This document shows positions 37,264 through 53,116 of a stretch of DNA of 64,000 bases, one piece after another. Under the pieces are notes generated by a model. The model did not search any database and was not told the origin of the DNA. It saw nothing but the letters and a program-made list of their open reading frames with translations. A program made the translations under genes and the position numbers. Numbering within the stretch: the stretch's first letter is position 1; each line of letters begins with the position of its first letter. This DNA comes from Marsupella aquatica (lineage: Eukaryota; Plantae; Marchantiophyta), in assembly GCA_973895155.1 (NCBI GenBank), contig OZ316896.1:4779925-4843924 (forward strand). Direction: 5' to 3'.

Positions 37264-39484
37264 CTGTTCTAATAATACACGGACGACTGACAATTATCTT
37301 TCAACTGCCAGTTTTCTTCAATTTAGACATACTGATTTGAAACCTGCACTGCCTCTGAAAAAAATTGTCACACACATACAAGAAATGTGCTAGTTTGAAG
37401 TTTGTCAGTCAAGAATAAGATTATCTGCAGCTCCTGTTCTAATATACACGGACGAATGACAGTTATCTGTCAACTGCAATTTTTTCCAACTAAGACACAG
37501 GTGATTTGAAATTTACGGTACCTGTATTGCCTCTGAAATAAGACAAATACAAGATATGTGTTAACTACAGTAGTTTGAAGTCACAAGTCGCGCATGTGTA
37601 TAGATGTTAACTATTCACCCATTTATTAGTAAGTTTACTTCTGTGATCATTAGTCAATCGAAATGGATATTTTGTGCTCCATTCTGTTTGTCTGCCTCAT
37701 CGGTGAGTAAGAAAATTCTGTGGCATTTGGACTTCATCCAATTTCGGGCTATAACACTGGTTGACGTGGCTATTTTATCCATTTCCGAGGGTCAAGCCTA
37801 GGCTTCAGCTGAAGTGATTGAGCGAACACATTTCATGAACAACGTCATCTAGCTCTCGCGTCATCTCACAGCTGGATTTCAGCCAGTCACCCTAGGGTGA
37901 ATGCATCGTCGAAAAATTCGTCATCCAGAAAACCCAAGTGATCCTAAGATGAGCTCGCCAGCCACTGAGTGCTTGTGTTTGGCACTTAAAGACTAAAGAC
38001 TATTGGAACCAAGGCTGCAAATGAGCTTGCAAAGTTGACTCGTACATAGTACTCGTCGATGTTTGGCAAGGGATTGGAGATCGACTTGCTCTGGGCTGCC
38101 TGCAGGCTGAGCTTCCAATGATTGGTCCCTTGCTTTTGTTTGAAACCGAGTGGACTTGGTCGGATAATCGAGTGCACGCATCGTCGAAAAGGTAAGACTG
38201 ATTTGCAACAGAATGTGATTCATTTGTAAAACACACAGCTCCTAAAACAACAGGACGCCCTTGTCGCCCATTAAATTTTACTTCCGTAAAGTCTCCTTCC
38301 CAATCCATGGGCGAAGGACCAAAATTGAAATGAATCTCGATGTAGATCGCCCAGCAAACCGCGTCAAGGGTAGGGAAGGGGAGGGGTGAGGTGAGGTGGC
38401 CTGGGCTGCAGCGTGATTTTCAAAGATTTTTTCGTTCGAAGGGTGACGAATGAGTCACGAAGATGCTAGATTCTAGTTAATGGGATATGCCCGGGGTATG
38501 TGACTAAATTGCTTATGGAAAACAAAAACCATAGCCAATTTTAGCCTAACAGTGTTCAACACTTTTAGAAGAAGTGGAATCTAGCACATTTTTGCCACAA
38601 AAGAAACGAGTGTGGGCTTCCTCGTGTGCTGCCACCTAGTTTGAGCCCTTGCCTGCTGCTTGTCAGGGAAACCCAGAGACGGAAAAAAAAACCATTAAAG
38701 GTTCAGTAGACCCAATGAGAAGCTCCACAGCTCCCAGGGACAGCACAGATTGATGCGTTTAATGAAAAGCTTTTTGCGAATGAGATCGCGTGTCCCTCCA
38801 AAATGCAAGACTAATCCTATCCTCGTCAGATTCATGGCTCCAACACATTTCATGATTGACAATTTGACAAGATTTTGTTGACGGAGGGGATGCATGAATG
38901 TGACCGGGTGACTAGTACGACGTCAGAAGCCAGTAGTCTTTAGGTGACGTATGGCGGAAGCTGTTGTGGCCCACCTCGCTCTCCATCCCGATGACTTTCT
39001 TTCCATTACCCGCATAAAAGGGCTGTGACGGAAAATGCTGATCGAGCTGAATCATCGGTGGCGTACAGTGATGCTGAGAACAGGGTTGTGAGTGGCCTGA
39101 GTGGGTGGATTCCGACCCAGGTGCTGCTAAATTGGTATGCACTGAGTTTGTCCAGTCTGTTGCTATAGCTGTTTAGGAAGGATGATTGCGATCTGTTCGA
39201 GAGGAGTGCATCGTACTATAATGAAGTTCAATTTTCTGTGATTAAACTGTTCTTCTCGACAATCTATTAACCAAATCATGGGAGCGTTGCATGGTTCACA
39301 GAGCTGGGCTAGGAGTAGTGATGAATGTTGATGAATGTCATGGTTGTGACTCTTAAAATGAGGCCAATTCAATGAGGTGTGCTAATGGTGTCCAGGCTAT
39401 AGTTACTTGCATTCAGGATTGCTTCATTTTGATGGCACTTTTTGGCATTGACGTTTCGCTGCAGCTGGTTGTTACTCTACAAAA

Positions 39485-42975
<3,491 letters not shown>

Positions 42976-44233
42976 TGAGTGAATTAGCTAGCATATGAAC
43001 TGAGGACAAAAGCAGCTTGGCTAGCAAGGGCTTGTGAGGCGTACTTGATTGTTCTTGGTTAGCATTTCTAGAAACCAGTCACACATATCCTGCATGCACA
43101 GGGTTTAAGGGCAATAAAAAGCTTCACTGAATGATGCAAGTGGTGACCCACGTACATGAAAGGATGCATTTACGTGACTACTCAGTGCGAAGCTTCACAC
43201 CCTTTGAGATATGCAGCTCAGTTTCTTGCCGGTTTCTTGCTTTTAGCAGCGCCTAGTGTGGATATTCTGTGACAAGCTTTTCAACATGTCATTAAAATTG
43301 TAAACTCTGTGCGCAGTTCTCATAATACACTTGAAAATTTGGTGCCATTTAGCACCCTAGAGTCTCTGATGTTGGCTCACAAATTATTATCTCACATTTG
43401 CGAATAGATTGAACCGTTACCATTCAACGAGCAGCCATCAGTTTCACAAAGTTGCATCTCATCCAGTTACTTATTTGAATTCGAAAATTGAATTCACGCC
43501 GGTCATAAAATGTGATTCAATTCGATACCAAGAGCTTCATTTTGGAAAATCATTATTCTTGTGTGAGTTCCTGATTTTCTTTGTCAGTCTCCTTAGTTTC
43601 GATCCAATTCATGTCCATTTAATAACACTCAGTTCAATTTAGCTACAAAATCTGACACAACATAAATAACTGTAATTCTGATCTCATTCATTTCCATTTT
43701 GAAGCTCTTCAATCATGATCTGTTAATCGTAGAGCTTGTCTATATCAATAGGCCATGGTCCTGCATAATGTGATTATTGACATCAACTACTGGTACCCTA
43801 CCTGGTGTGTTTGGATCACAAATGATCATAGAAGTGTAAAATGTAAACATGGAATACGATCAATTTGACAGAATAACTTTAGCAGCATAAAAGATGTCAG
43901 TTGAGACATTCTGCAAGTTACGATTCACTCAGGGATGCAAATGACAATTTTTATAGGAAGTAGGAGATGAATTCTGCGAGCAAACTTCGTTTTTTGTGCT
44001 CAAGTAAACGCTAATGGCACTCGTGTTAAGTCGAAAAATTCTATCGTGAAATTAAGATGGTTAAGGCCAATTTGATTTTGCAGATCATAATCTTATTGCT
44101 TAGTGCAAGACAGATCCCATTAAGGTCCAATTTTGCCCTCACCAAGGCGTCAATAAATTGCAATTCAAACAGTCACACTGAATGATGTTGGCATTCATAG
44201 TAAATTAGGTTACTGTGCTGAGCTACATTGAGC

Positions 44234-46187
44234 ATGGTTATAACAACACCCCATGTGGTACGTCAATTCCTGCACCCAAAAGACGGTGAGAAGCCTTACG
44301 AAAAGCTTATCAAGTCCACTAAGTCCTCCATAACCGTCGAACTTACCTTCAAAGGTTGTAGTAGCACACAAGGGCCTACAGTTCAAGCAACAGACATCCA
44401 ATGCTACTTGAAACGCATAACAATTGGTCGAGTGAGCGCATGTGACTTGTGCATTCCTGATGACAATTATATATCAAGGTACCACTCCGCCATTGAGTGT
44501 AGCCGTGATGGCGAGTGGAGCTTTAGGTTTGATTCAAAATCCCTCCAACTCAATAAACAGCTGCAGTATATTCGTGTTGAGTTTGGGACAATCAAAACAA
44601 TCTAATGAATTACTGCGCTAAATGTAGTTAATGTAGTCCCGCGTATACTATTCTCGAAGCATACATTTGCAAATTTCGGCCAGCTCATCTTTTCATTTGA
44701 GGTGTGCATATAAGTGAGACGTCAAGCGAACAACTATTCACCTCAATTATCCACGATTTCTACATCATCGGGTGCTCCACGATTTCTACATCATCGGCTT
44801 GCCAAAAATGTCTCTGCTTTGCATGCTACGTGTATTGCAGTCAAACAAGTGAATGCATAGGATCACTCTTCATAAGTCCAGCATTAGATACAGAGCTATT
44901 GGGACCATGCAATTATAGAGGTTTTCAATACTGAGGTAGAGTTTAAATGTTGTATCTTGGGGAGTCACTTTTGCAATGCGATGGGTGAAAATCAAAAGGA
45001 CCAGAAGAGTTTATTTATGGACCAATCTGGCAGGTCTTGTTTTCAAGTTCCCAAGTGTACATTCAAGTGTCTTCTGCAAGCCTAAGATTAATCTAGAATG
45101 GCTTAATTAAATCCTTACGTTCATTCTCAGTTCTCGATCTCTACCAGTCTCGGAATGCCAAAAAGAAAATAGACATCAATGTAATTGGGGAAGACATTGA
45201 TTTCCTTTATGTGATTGATGTCCAGAGAGATCTGACTTCAAAGTATTGAGAATGGTATTCAAATATTGAAAGTAATTTGAATAAATTCTTTTGTTTCACT
45301 TAGTTCTTGTTTGGCTAGACTGAGACTTAATCAGCAGTACTTCCCAAATACACTATAACTCAATATGAAGACCGTATTAGACAATGAAGAACTGTTTGGG
45401 AAACAATCGTTGGGGGAATTATCCAGAAGAGAAAAAAATAAGAGGAAGCTGGATTGCAGGCTATTAAGAGGGAGTTAGTAACTAAGGATATTCCATCTGT
45501 CATGAAAATTTTGAATTTTTTTTGTAATGATGATTAGACAAGATCGATCACATGATTATGGAAAATGTTCCTATGGTGATCTTGTCTAATCACTAGACGT
45601 TCGATAATTTTGCTGGAATATGTTAATGATCGTAAACATCTACAGACTTATGAGGTTATAATCAATGGTACAAATGAATCTTGATTCCTGCGAACAAGGC
45701 TTTTAACTAAATGTGTGCTCCTTGTCGAAAATTTTGCAATGGTAGAGATATTGGAAGCAAGAGCGGCTCGTCGTTAAAGCCAGATCCAAGTGATCCCGAG
45801 TTCCCCAAATTTGGGTCAGTTCAACCTCAAGTGCTGAATAAAACAGTTCCTTACCTTCTCCAAAATGGTGATGTGATCTTGATTGGGAAGGTGCACCATG
45901 GCTATGCTCACGAAGTTAAGGTTACTATTCATCGTCCCAAGGATGACTTGAGGGATAATGGAGATGATACACTCTCAGCGGGTGAAGGAGTTGTCACTCG
46001 AAAGCTTACATGGCGAAGAAGCTTACATTGCAATGGATGCATGGGGTGGGGTCGACGTCACAGCTGCAGGTATGGCCTTCACCAAAACAATGATGACCAG
46101 ACCTTTCAATGTTTCTATTTTAAAAAGTTTAGAGAGAAATGCCAGCACATGGGTGTGAAGGGTGGGAGAGAAACAACTTCCGAGTAA
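44234..46187 (+). CDS. FHA (forkhead-associated) domain protein; exons 44234-44526 and 45746-46187; start and 3' end less certain
   Basis: FHA signature ITIGR...CDLCIPDDNYISRYHSAI...WSFR|DIGSKSGS...YLLQNGDVILIG is assembled across a phase-2 GT-AG intron. Confidence 0.72.
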
Positions 46188-47984
46188 CCAAAGTTCACAA
46201 TTACTGTTAGCCCCATTATTTTACCATGACAGTACCCAACAAGCAAGCAATTCCTCTCTCTCTCTCTCTATCTATCTTGTTTGATTGTACGTTTTCAAGA
46301 CTAATTATTTACCGACTCTAATGGTCTTGAGCCCCATTTCAGCTGGCTAGCTGACATATCTTCCTTTTAGCAGGCCCTTTAGTAAGTAATCAATAATTAA
46401 ATTTTAATTAACTAATTGACTTTAGTGCTACCATCACATATGTTTTGAGGGGCCTCTGGAGATGAGCCCTTATTAATGTAAGTGTCTCTATCAACATCTC
46501 TCTCCCTACATTATAATTCACAGTTTAAAAAATTCTCTTACAAAAACCGTCCTTACCTTCACAAAAACTATATATGTTGTCTTTGCACAGAAAAGGGACA
46601 TTTTTATTTTTCCTTGATTCTAGGAGGGAGTGTAGTTGCCATTCTCTTTTGTCTAGTTAAGAATTAAACTAGAGTCCTTAAATAAGTTTGATTAAACTTT
46701 TCTCTTTTGTCATTTGATGTAGGTTTGCACTCATTATGCCCTTTCATTCCTGTACTATTCACTTTCTATAGATTCTTTTCCCTTTCTTCAACTTGAAATG
46801 TCATTTAGTGAGGGTTTCACTCATTGCCTTCTCATGTGTTTATTATTCACTCTTTATTGAAATCATATTTTATACTTTTCAACTAAAAAAGTTCATATTT
46901 TCATGCTTTCGTTCTAAGTCCATTTATTGTTTTCTCTCTTTGGCTCACTATGGACTCTATTTATAAAGAGTCCATTCATTCTAAGTCCTCAGAGTTTATT
47001 TCTCAGATTTTCTTTAAATCAAATTTGTTTTATTGCGAATTGTTTTATAATTGGGTGAAGTCAGATAGCACTAATTATGGTATATGAGGGTAAAGTAACC
47101 AACCGGAAACAGTATATACTTAATTAATCATATATACACATTACTTCGAATCGAGGGAAACAATAATCATGGGCTTTGAGAGGAATTTTACCACTTGCAT
47201 AACCTCCACACAGAAGGTATGCATAGTATTACAAGCGTATATATATGAGTACTCCCAGCAGCAGTACTTATGAAATTAATAAGCAACAATTTATTGGAAC
47301 ATCATCAAACTGAGAATATATCAACATGATTGTGTAAACAAGTGGAAAACAGTTATATCAAGTTAGCGAATGAATGAGTACGTAAAATTAAATAGTACCA
47401 AAATTAAGTGAATTTCCTCGGTGTGCAGTGCTAGGCTGTCCCAACTTCAAAAGATGATTCTTGACTGTAATCGCAAATCAAATGTCACTGCACCTAGACC
47501 CATCAAGACAGCCATCCAAAAGCTGTTATTCCACCGTTTGAGTGGGTGGTGGGAGAAAAAACCAGAGAAAAGTGTAACATTTGAAATTCCCACAAGATAT
47601 GAGAGCGACCCTTCACAAATGGTTGGTGCATTACCTGATGAGCTTGTTTCCAAGCACAATGAAAATGAAGACTTGAGTAATGATGTTGAAGATGAGGATG
47701 ACGAGTTTGAGGATACGATGACTGAAAGACCAGCAGATGATGAAGACTGTCCAACAACCAGACACCAGGGATGACTAGCTATAGTTATCCTAGCCAACAT
47801 ATTATTTAGCTAGTCTTAAAATTTTGTGAACTTGAAGGTGAGATTAAAGGCCAAATTAGATAATGCTAAAAGAATGAAGTAAAGACTCAACTTACACAAA
47901 TTTTGAAACAGTCTGACTTCAGGCCCTTGTACCGTTTCGCTAGCTTCTGGGCGTTTGAGTATATTATTTATCATCCCATAAGTC

Positions 47985-48190
47985 CATTGCTTGTGCATTG
48001 CGCGATTGTCAATGCGGCCATTTCATTGCTGGGATCATTTTATCATGATGGCTAGTAAATTAGGCTTTCGGCCATTGTGTCATTGATCAATGACATTGTC
48101 GCAAAAAAAATAGGTTTAGGGTCAACGTAACTTGGAAAAATTCTTCACACTAAAGAAAGAGTAGGAAAATAAGAATTCTATTCTCCTATC
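47985..48190 (-). repeat. Inverted, degenerate copy of the repeat at ~60240-60435 (Helitron-like family)
   Basis: The reverse complement aligns with caatgaaatggc...tgacaattgtgcaatgcacgggcaatg and tttccaagttacattaacac near 60300-60435. Confidence 0.55.
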
Positions 48191-48726
48191 AGCAGACTTT
48201 GAATTATTTTCATTATTCTATTATTAAATTTGTAAATGTACTGTGGGCCTACTCAGATTTTCATTTCAGCCCCACCTACCGATGATAGCCACATGTCAAA
48301 CTTAACTGTCAAATGATGTCAATGGCCTTGAGATTACAATCTTTTTATGGATATTAGTGCATGGGTCTACGTGTAGATGGAAAAACATCCATGCCCCAAG
48401 CTAGGATTTGCTCTGTAGTATATATGATTTTAACCATTCAGATCTCATGGCTGGGAGAATTTAAGGTTTAAACATAACAATCATAATGAATTCCCCCCAA
48501 AAGTGCATTTCTAAGATAAAAGGAAAAGGGGGATTCTATATTATAGACTGTAGATTATTACTACACAATAATATATTGAAGTATACGTCCTTCTTGAAAG
48601 GCTAGCTGCACTACTAGACCAGAATGATCGAGCTGGACGAGTATGGTCTACTTTTCTATCATCTACCTTAATGAATACAATGTAGCAATTCAACACGCCT
48701 ACTGAGCTCCATCTCCATAGTCAGTG

Positions 48727-48911
48727 AGTCTGCGTTTCAGTGTGCTGTCAGCCGTAAGTTAATTCATAGCCAGTCTGCGTTTCCGTGTGCTGTTCGATCA
48801 TTAGTCAGGTCTTAGTCATTGTAAATTTTCGTTTCCGTGTGCTGTTAATTAGTCAGCTCTTCCCTCATAGTTAGTCTGCATGCGTTTCAGGGCGCTAAAG
48901 AAGTATTTAAA
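48727..48911 (+). promoter_or_regulatory. Four copies of AGTCTGCGTTTC(A/C)GTGTGCTG (some partial) followed by TATA-like TATTTAAA, upstream of the carboxylesterase
   Basis: Copies at ~48727, 48772, 48830 and 48873. The same motif and TATA context (gtat[t/a]taaagagcaca.ggc.tcattcagt) recur upstream of the paralog (57488-57600). Confidence 0.55.
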
Positions 48912-49105
48912 GAGCACACGGCCTCATTCAGTCATGTTCACTCCAGATCTGCTTCGTTGAATTGGTTTAATTGTTCCATTGCCTCGTCCAACCCTTCCCT
49001 GCACATGCTTGCCTCACAGCTTTTGGGGGGTCCTTAGAGCCGCTCACCACTACAGAAGACCTTGTTTCAGTTTTGATCCCGACTTCCTCTACGGCCGTCA
49101 TCACC

Positions 49106-50746
49106 ATGGCACATTCATTCTTCTCTGTACCTTTCTCAATCATAATATGTGTTGCATGTCTCGGTGCTCTGGTGGCGGAAGTGTGTGCTGCTCCAAGCCT
49201 TACAGCAATCCTTGATTATGGCACCTTCCAAGGAGCATACTCCTCAACTTATAACATCAGCTATTGGATGAAGATTCCGTTTGCTGCGCCACCAGTGGGC
49301 CAAAATAGGTTCAGAGCGCCGCAACCACCGATTCCAATCTCGGGAGGGACGTATGATTCTAGTCAAAGTTTTGACTACTGCCCACAAAGAACGGCGAATG
49401 GCACAGAAGACTGTCTTTATCTCGGACTTTACTCCCGGCCCTGGAGTCCTTCACAACGTCTTCGCCCAGTCGTGGTCAGCTTTTATGGAGGCGGTTTCAT
49501 TGAAGGTGGCGGCTCGTTCATACTTCCTCCAGGCGGCTATCCCACACTCAACGTCTCGTCGCAAAACGACTTCATCTTTGTATGCCCTAATTATCGCGTC
49601 AACGCGTTCGGCTTCCTTCCTGGAAAGGAAATAGCAGCAGATCCCACATCAGACCTCAATGTTGGTCTCCTCGACCAGCAAGCAGCCCTACAATGGACGC
49701 AAAAATACATCGAGCAATTCGGTGGCGATCCTACTAACGTGGGTATCTGGGGTCAGTCGGCAGGAGCCGGCAGTGTTGTGGCGCAGGTCATAGCAAATGG
49801 CGGCCAGACTTCTCCACCTCTTTTCAACAAAGCACTGGCCTCTAGTCCCTACTGGCCTAAGACATATCGTTATGATGCACCGGAAGCGCAAGCGGTGTAC
49901 GACGCATTCGCCAGCCTTGCAGGCTGCTCTGGAGATAACTCCCTTGCCTGTCTCAAAGCTGCAGACGTCCAGACTTTAAGGACAGCGGCACTCGAGATCT
50001 CAGGGAGCCACAGGTACACCACCAGCTCTTTCACTTGGGCTCCGGTCATTGGCGATTCATTCCTCCCTCTATCCCTCTCCCAGGCGTCCCTCAATAGAAG
50101 TGTAAATATCGACTTCGGCTTTGGTATGTACAACTCATTTGAAGGTGAGGATTTCCTTCCGCAGGGGTTACGCTCACCTACGTTTGCTGGCATCCCACCT
50201 TACAATTCTTCACTGGCATCATTTGAGACCTGGCTTCACGGTTTCCTTCCAGGGTTCTCAGATACAAATTTCCAGTTGGTAGAGGAAATGTATCCGGCCA
50301 ACGGCACAGCAGAGGTAACAGGCTCATACAATAACAATTTCCTTAGAGCACAATTCATCTACCGGGACCTCGTCCTTGCTTGTCCTGCATATTGGCTCGC
50401 TTCCGCATCTCATAGCGCAGGCTATGTAGGCCAATACGCCATTCCGCGTGCTCACCACGGAAGTGATACCGGGTATTGGAATCGTGTGAATCCTGTGATT
50501 CAGCAAAGTACTGATGTCACGTATCAAGGCTACACTGGCGCTTTTGCGAGCTTTTTCCAGACCGGAGATCCGAATTTGCATAAACTTACAAATATCAGCG
50601 TTCTTGGTGTCCCGGAGATTAAGCTGACGCATGAGGAGTGGGCCGTGCTGCCTGGAGGACAGTTCGGGAATGTGGTCCTCAGCAATGGCACGCTAGGATC
50701 GAGGTGTGATTTTTGGAGAGCTGTGGCGGCGGTGGTACCCGTATAG
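49106..50746 (+). CDS. Secreted type-B carboxylesterase/lipase (COesterase, alpha/beta hydrolase), intronless, 546 aa, fungal-like
   Basis: Hydrophobic N-terminal signal. Motifs IPFAAPPVGQNRFRAPQP, EDCLYL, FYGGGF, NYRVNAFGFL, GLLDQQAALQW, FGGDPTNVGIWGQSAG (nucleophile Ser), YNSFEG (acid) and AHHGSD (His). Many N-x-S/T sites. Confidence 0.92.
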   Translation: MAHSFFSVPFSIIICVACLGALVAEVCAAPSLTAILDYGTFQGAYSSTYNISYWMKIPFAAPPVGQNRFRAPQPPIPISGGTYDSSQSFDYCPQRTANGTEDCLYLGLYSRPWSPSQRLRPVVVSFYGGGFIEGGGSFILPPGGYPTLNVSSQNDFIFVCPNYRVNAFGFLPGKEIAADPTSDLNVGLLDQQAALQWTQKYIEQFGGDPTNVGIWGQSAGAGSVVAQVIANGGQTSPPLFNKALASSPYWPKTYRYDAPEAQAVYDAFASLAGCSGDNSLACLKAADVQTLRTAALEISGSHRYTTSSFTWAPVIGDSFLPLSLSQASLNRSVNIDFGFGMYNSFEGEDFLPQGLRSPTFAGIPPYNSSLASFETWLHGFLPGFSDTNFQLVEEMYPANGTAEVTGSYNNNFLRAQFIYRDLVLACPAYWLASASHSAGYVGQYAIPRAHHGSDTGYWNRVNPVIQQSTDVTYQGYTGAFASFFQTGDPNLHKLTNISVLGVPEIKLTHEEWAVLPGGQFGNVVLSNGTLGSRCDFWRAVAAVVPV

Positions 50747-52957
50747 GCTCGGGGCCCTAGAGGATAGGAAGACGCGATAGAATTCAGAAAGACCACGGTG
50801 TAATCCTAACTGTAATTAAGAATTTCTGTGGACTTGTTGGTCTCTCATACCCTTGACGCTCTTTTAGTCAGCGGGGTTCTTGCTGCGCAATGATTCCTTG
50901 AAGCCTCTACATTAGTAGGCCATAATTGATGGTGATTTACGCATTACTTTGCATATATTTATATAAACTGTTCTCACCATCTCGTTCATTGTTGTGATAT
51001 ATATTACACAGTACTTGGACTCCACATAGATCTTTTAAAATGGCTTTTGCGGTTCGAGCTTGGTATGTGTATGAAGGAGATTATTGCTGAGTCTTTTGTT
51101 GTCTGCAGTGAGGGCAAGTATATCACCTATGAGGGAACCTGGGAAGACATGAGCTTGAGAAGTTCATGTCTAAGTATGATAATCTATAATAGGATAACCT
51201 AAAAATAATTCACCTAAGAAACACCCTAGAGAAATTAAGTGCTTGAAAACCAAGAGGTTGAAAAATAACACACCTGAACCAACAACTTGAAAAGGACGGC
51301 TTGAAACTCACCTACATAAATGGACAGCCGATTAAATTTACCTCAGCTTATCATAAAGGATCACACCAAATCCCTCTCAATGTCAGTTTACAAAACTGAA
51401 AGAAGAGGGAACAATATTTTGAGGTCAGACACATATTGCCCAAAGTTATTTGAGACTCTTGGATTGACTAAACTGGGTACCCTAGTCAGATTGCTTTTGC
51501 ATTAATTTACAAGCTATAGTATATGATTGAGCTACTGTAGCTTGCACAGTACATAAAGCCAGTCCAGAAAGTGCTTTTTGACATGTAGCATTAAAGGAGA
51601 CGCGTACAGATGGACCAGAGATTGAGATTTTTGGCATGGAGGAGTAGAGGGGAAGTCATTGACATTGAAAGGTTTTTGCTTTTTTGCTTTTGAGAAGGGT
51701 TTTTCATTGTTTGGAGTTAATGTTGAATTTCTATTTGTCCCTAGTTTTTTTTCTGTTTTTTAATGGTCTCAAAGGGAAGAAAAAGGGGGAGGGGCCGGGG
51801 ATAGAGGCAATGGGAGGGAGAGCGGGCCAGAGGAAAGGAAGGGAAGGGATCATGGCCGAAAAGGGATGCAGAAAAGGTAAAATATATGTTCTCTCTCCTT
51901 ACAGCATGCATTGCTCAACCCGGCCCCGCAATGCCCTTATCAGTCTTGCGCCCCTTCCGTCTTTGTCCCCTGCTTTGTCCTTCTTCCCTGATCACATACA
52001 AAAACAGCATCAACTAAAATGAGAACATAGTTACACCAACAACTTACCATGCACTAGCTAAATGACACTTTTCGACCATAACATGCTTACACAGATGACA
52101 CTCAGACTGGAACAACGACATTTAGGCAACAATCACACAGGACTTCACTATGACAATCCAATTGAATCTACCACAACAATAATTGTGGAATGCAAGATGG
52201 ATATAGGGCTCAAAAGTTAACTTTGCCTCCACAACACTTCTTTTCCTCAATGATTTCCTCCACAACATCAATCTTTAATTTGCACTGTGATTTATTTTAC
52301 ATTTGATGACATTTTCCCACATGGACATATGTTTTTGCACAACAACATGGTTTACCCATCGACCATTTGTTACACAATATATGTATTTCCCGGTAAAAGG
52401 TGGTTTGGGAGGAAGAGCGATACCGGTACTGCAGTTTGTACGTAATGGAGTGGCATTTAACGGTTGTCAAGAGGAAGAGTGATACTGGTAATATTGCTGT
52501 TTGTATTTGGAGTCTATGGCAATTAAGTAAGGTTATCCGGAGGAAAAGCTGTACCGGTATTGCGGTCTGTATTATTGGAGCGATACCTTCGGAATATTTG
52601 GGTTTTTGTGATCTGTTGTCCTTGTAACTAAAAGTTCATTTACAAAATCGGACCAAATTGGGGCTAATTTTTGGGTTCTACTGTCATGATGAAAAAAAAT
52701 GTTTGAACTTAATGAACATAATGGACAGGATAATAAAATTTGGAATCAGAAATGAAACCATCATTCCTTGCAAAGTTGGGAATGATACAGATTAGTCGGT
52801 TTCGCAAAAATTATTGATTTTGAGATAATTAATTTGTCACGCACATTGTGAAAATTGGCAAAATTGATCAAAAGAAGACACCCTTCTCCATGAGGCATCA
52901 CACTTTTCTTTTGGTCTGTCAGCCCGTCTGTCAGTGTGTTTAATCCTTGTTTATTAC

Positions 52958-53116
52958 TCTTGTAAGTGCAGTCACTAGCTTGTCACTCATCCACCTGCCC
53001 AGCCCAACTCAGGCATGTCCCTACTCAGATCCTTTATTTCTCTTGTAAGTGTAGTCACTAGCTTGTCACTCATCCACCTGCCCAGCCCAACTGAGACATG
53101 TCCCTACTCAGATCCT
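52958..53116. repeat. Tandem duplication (~83 bp x2) at the start of a GC-rich, probably TE-derived block (53.2-54.7 kb)
   Basis: tcttgtaagtg(c/t)agtcactagcttgtcactcatccacctgcccagcccaact...catgtccctactcagatcctt occurs twice. Confidence 0.8.

Noticed and set aside
47421-47774. 117-aa ORF with an acidic C-terminus after a possible acceptor (gtgtgcag)
   Set aside because: It could be an orphan last exon or TE fragment, but I found no upstream exon or family signature.
48971-49105. Longer 591-aa start for the carboxylesterase
   Set aside because: It begins at TTG. The ATG at 49106 gives a signal peptide and matches the paralog start.
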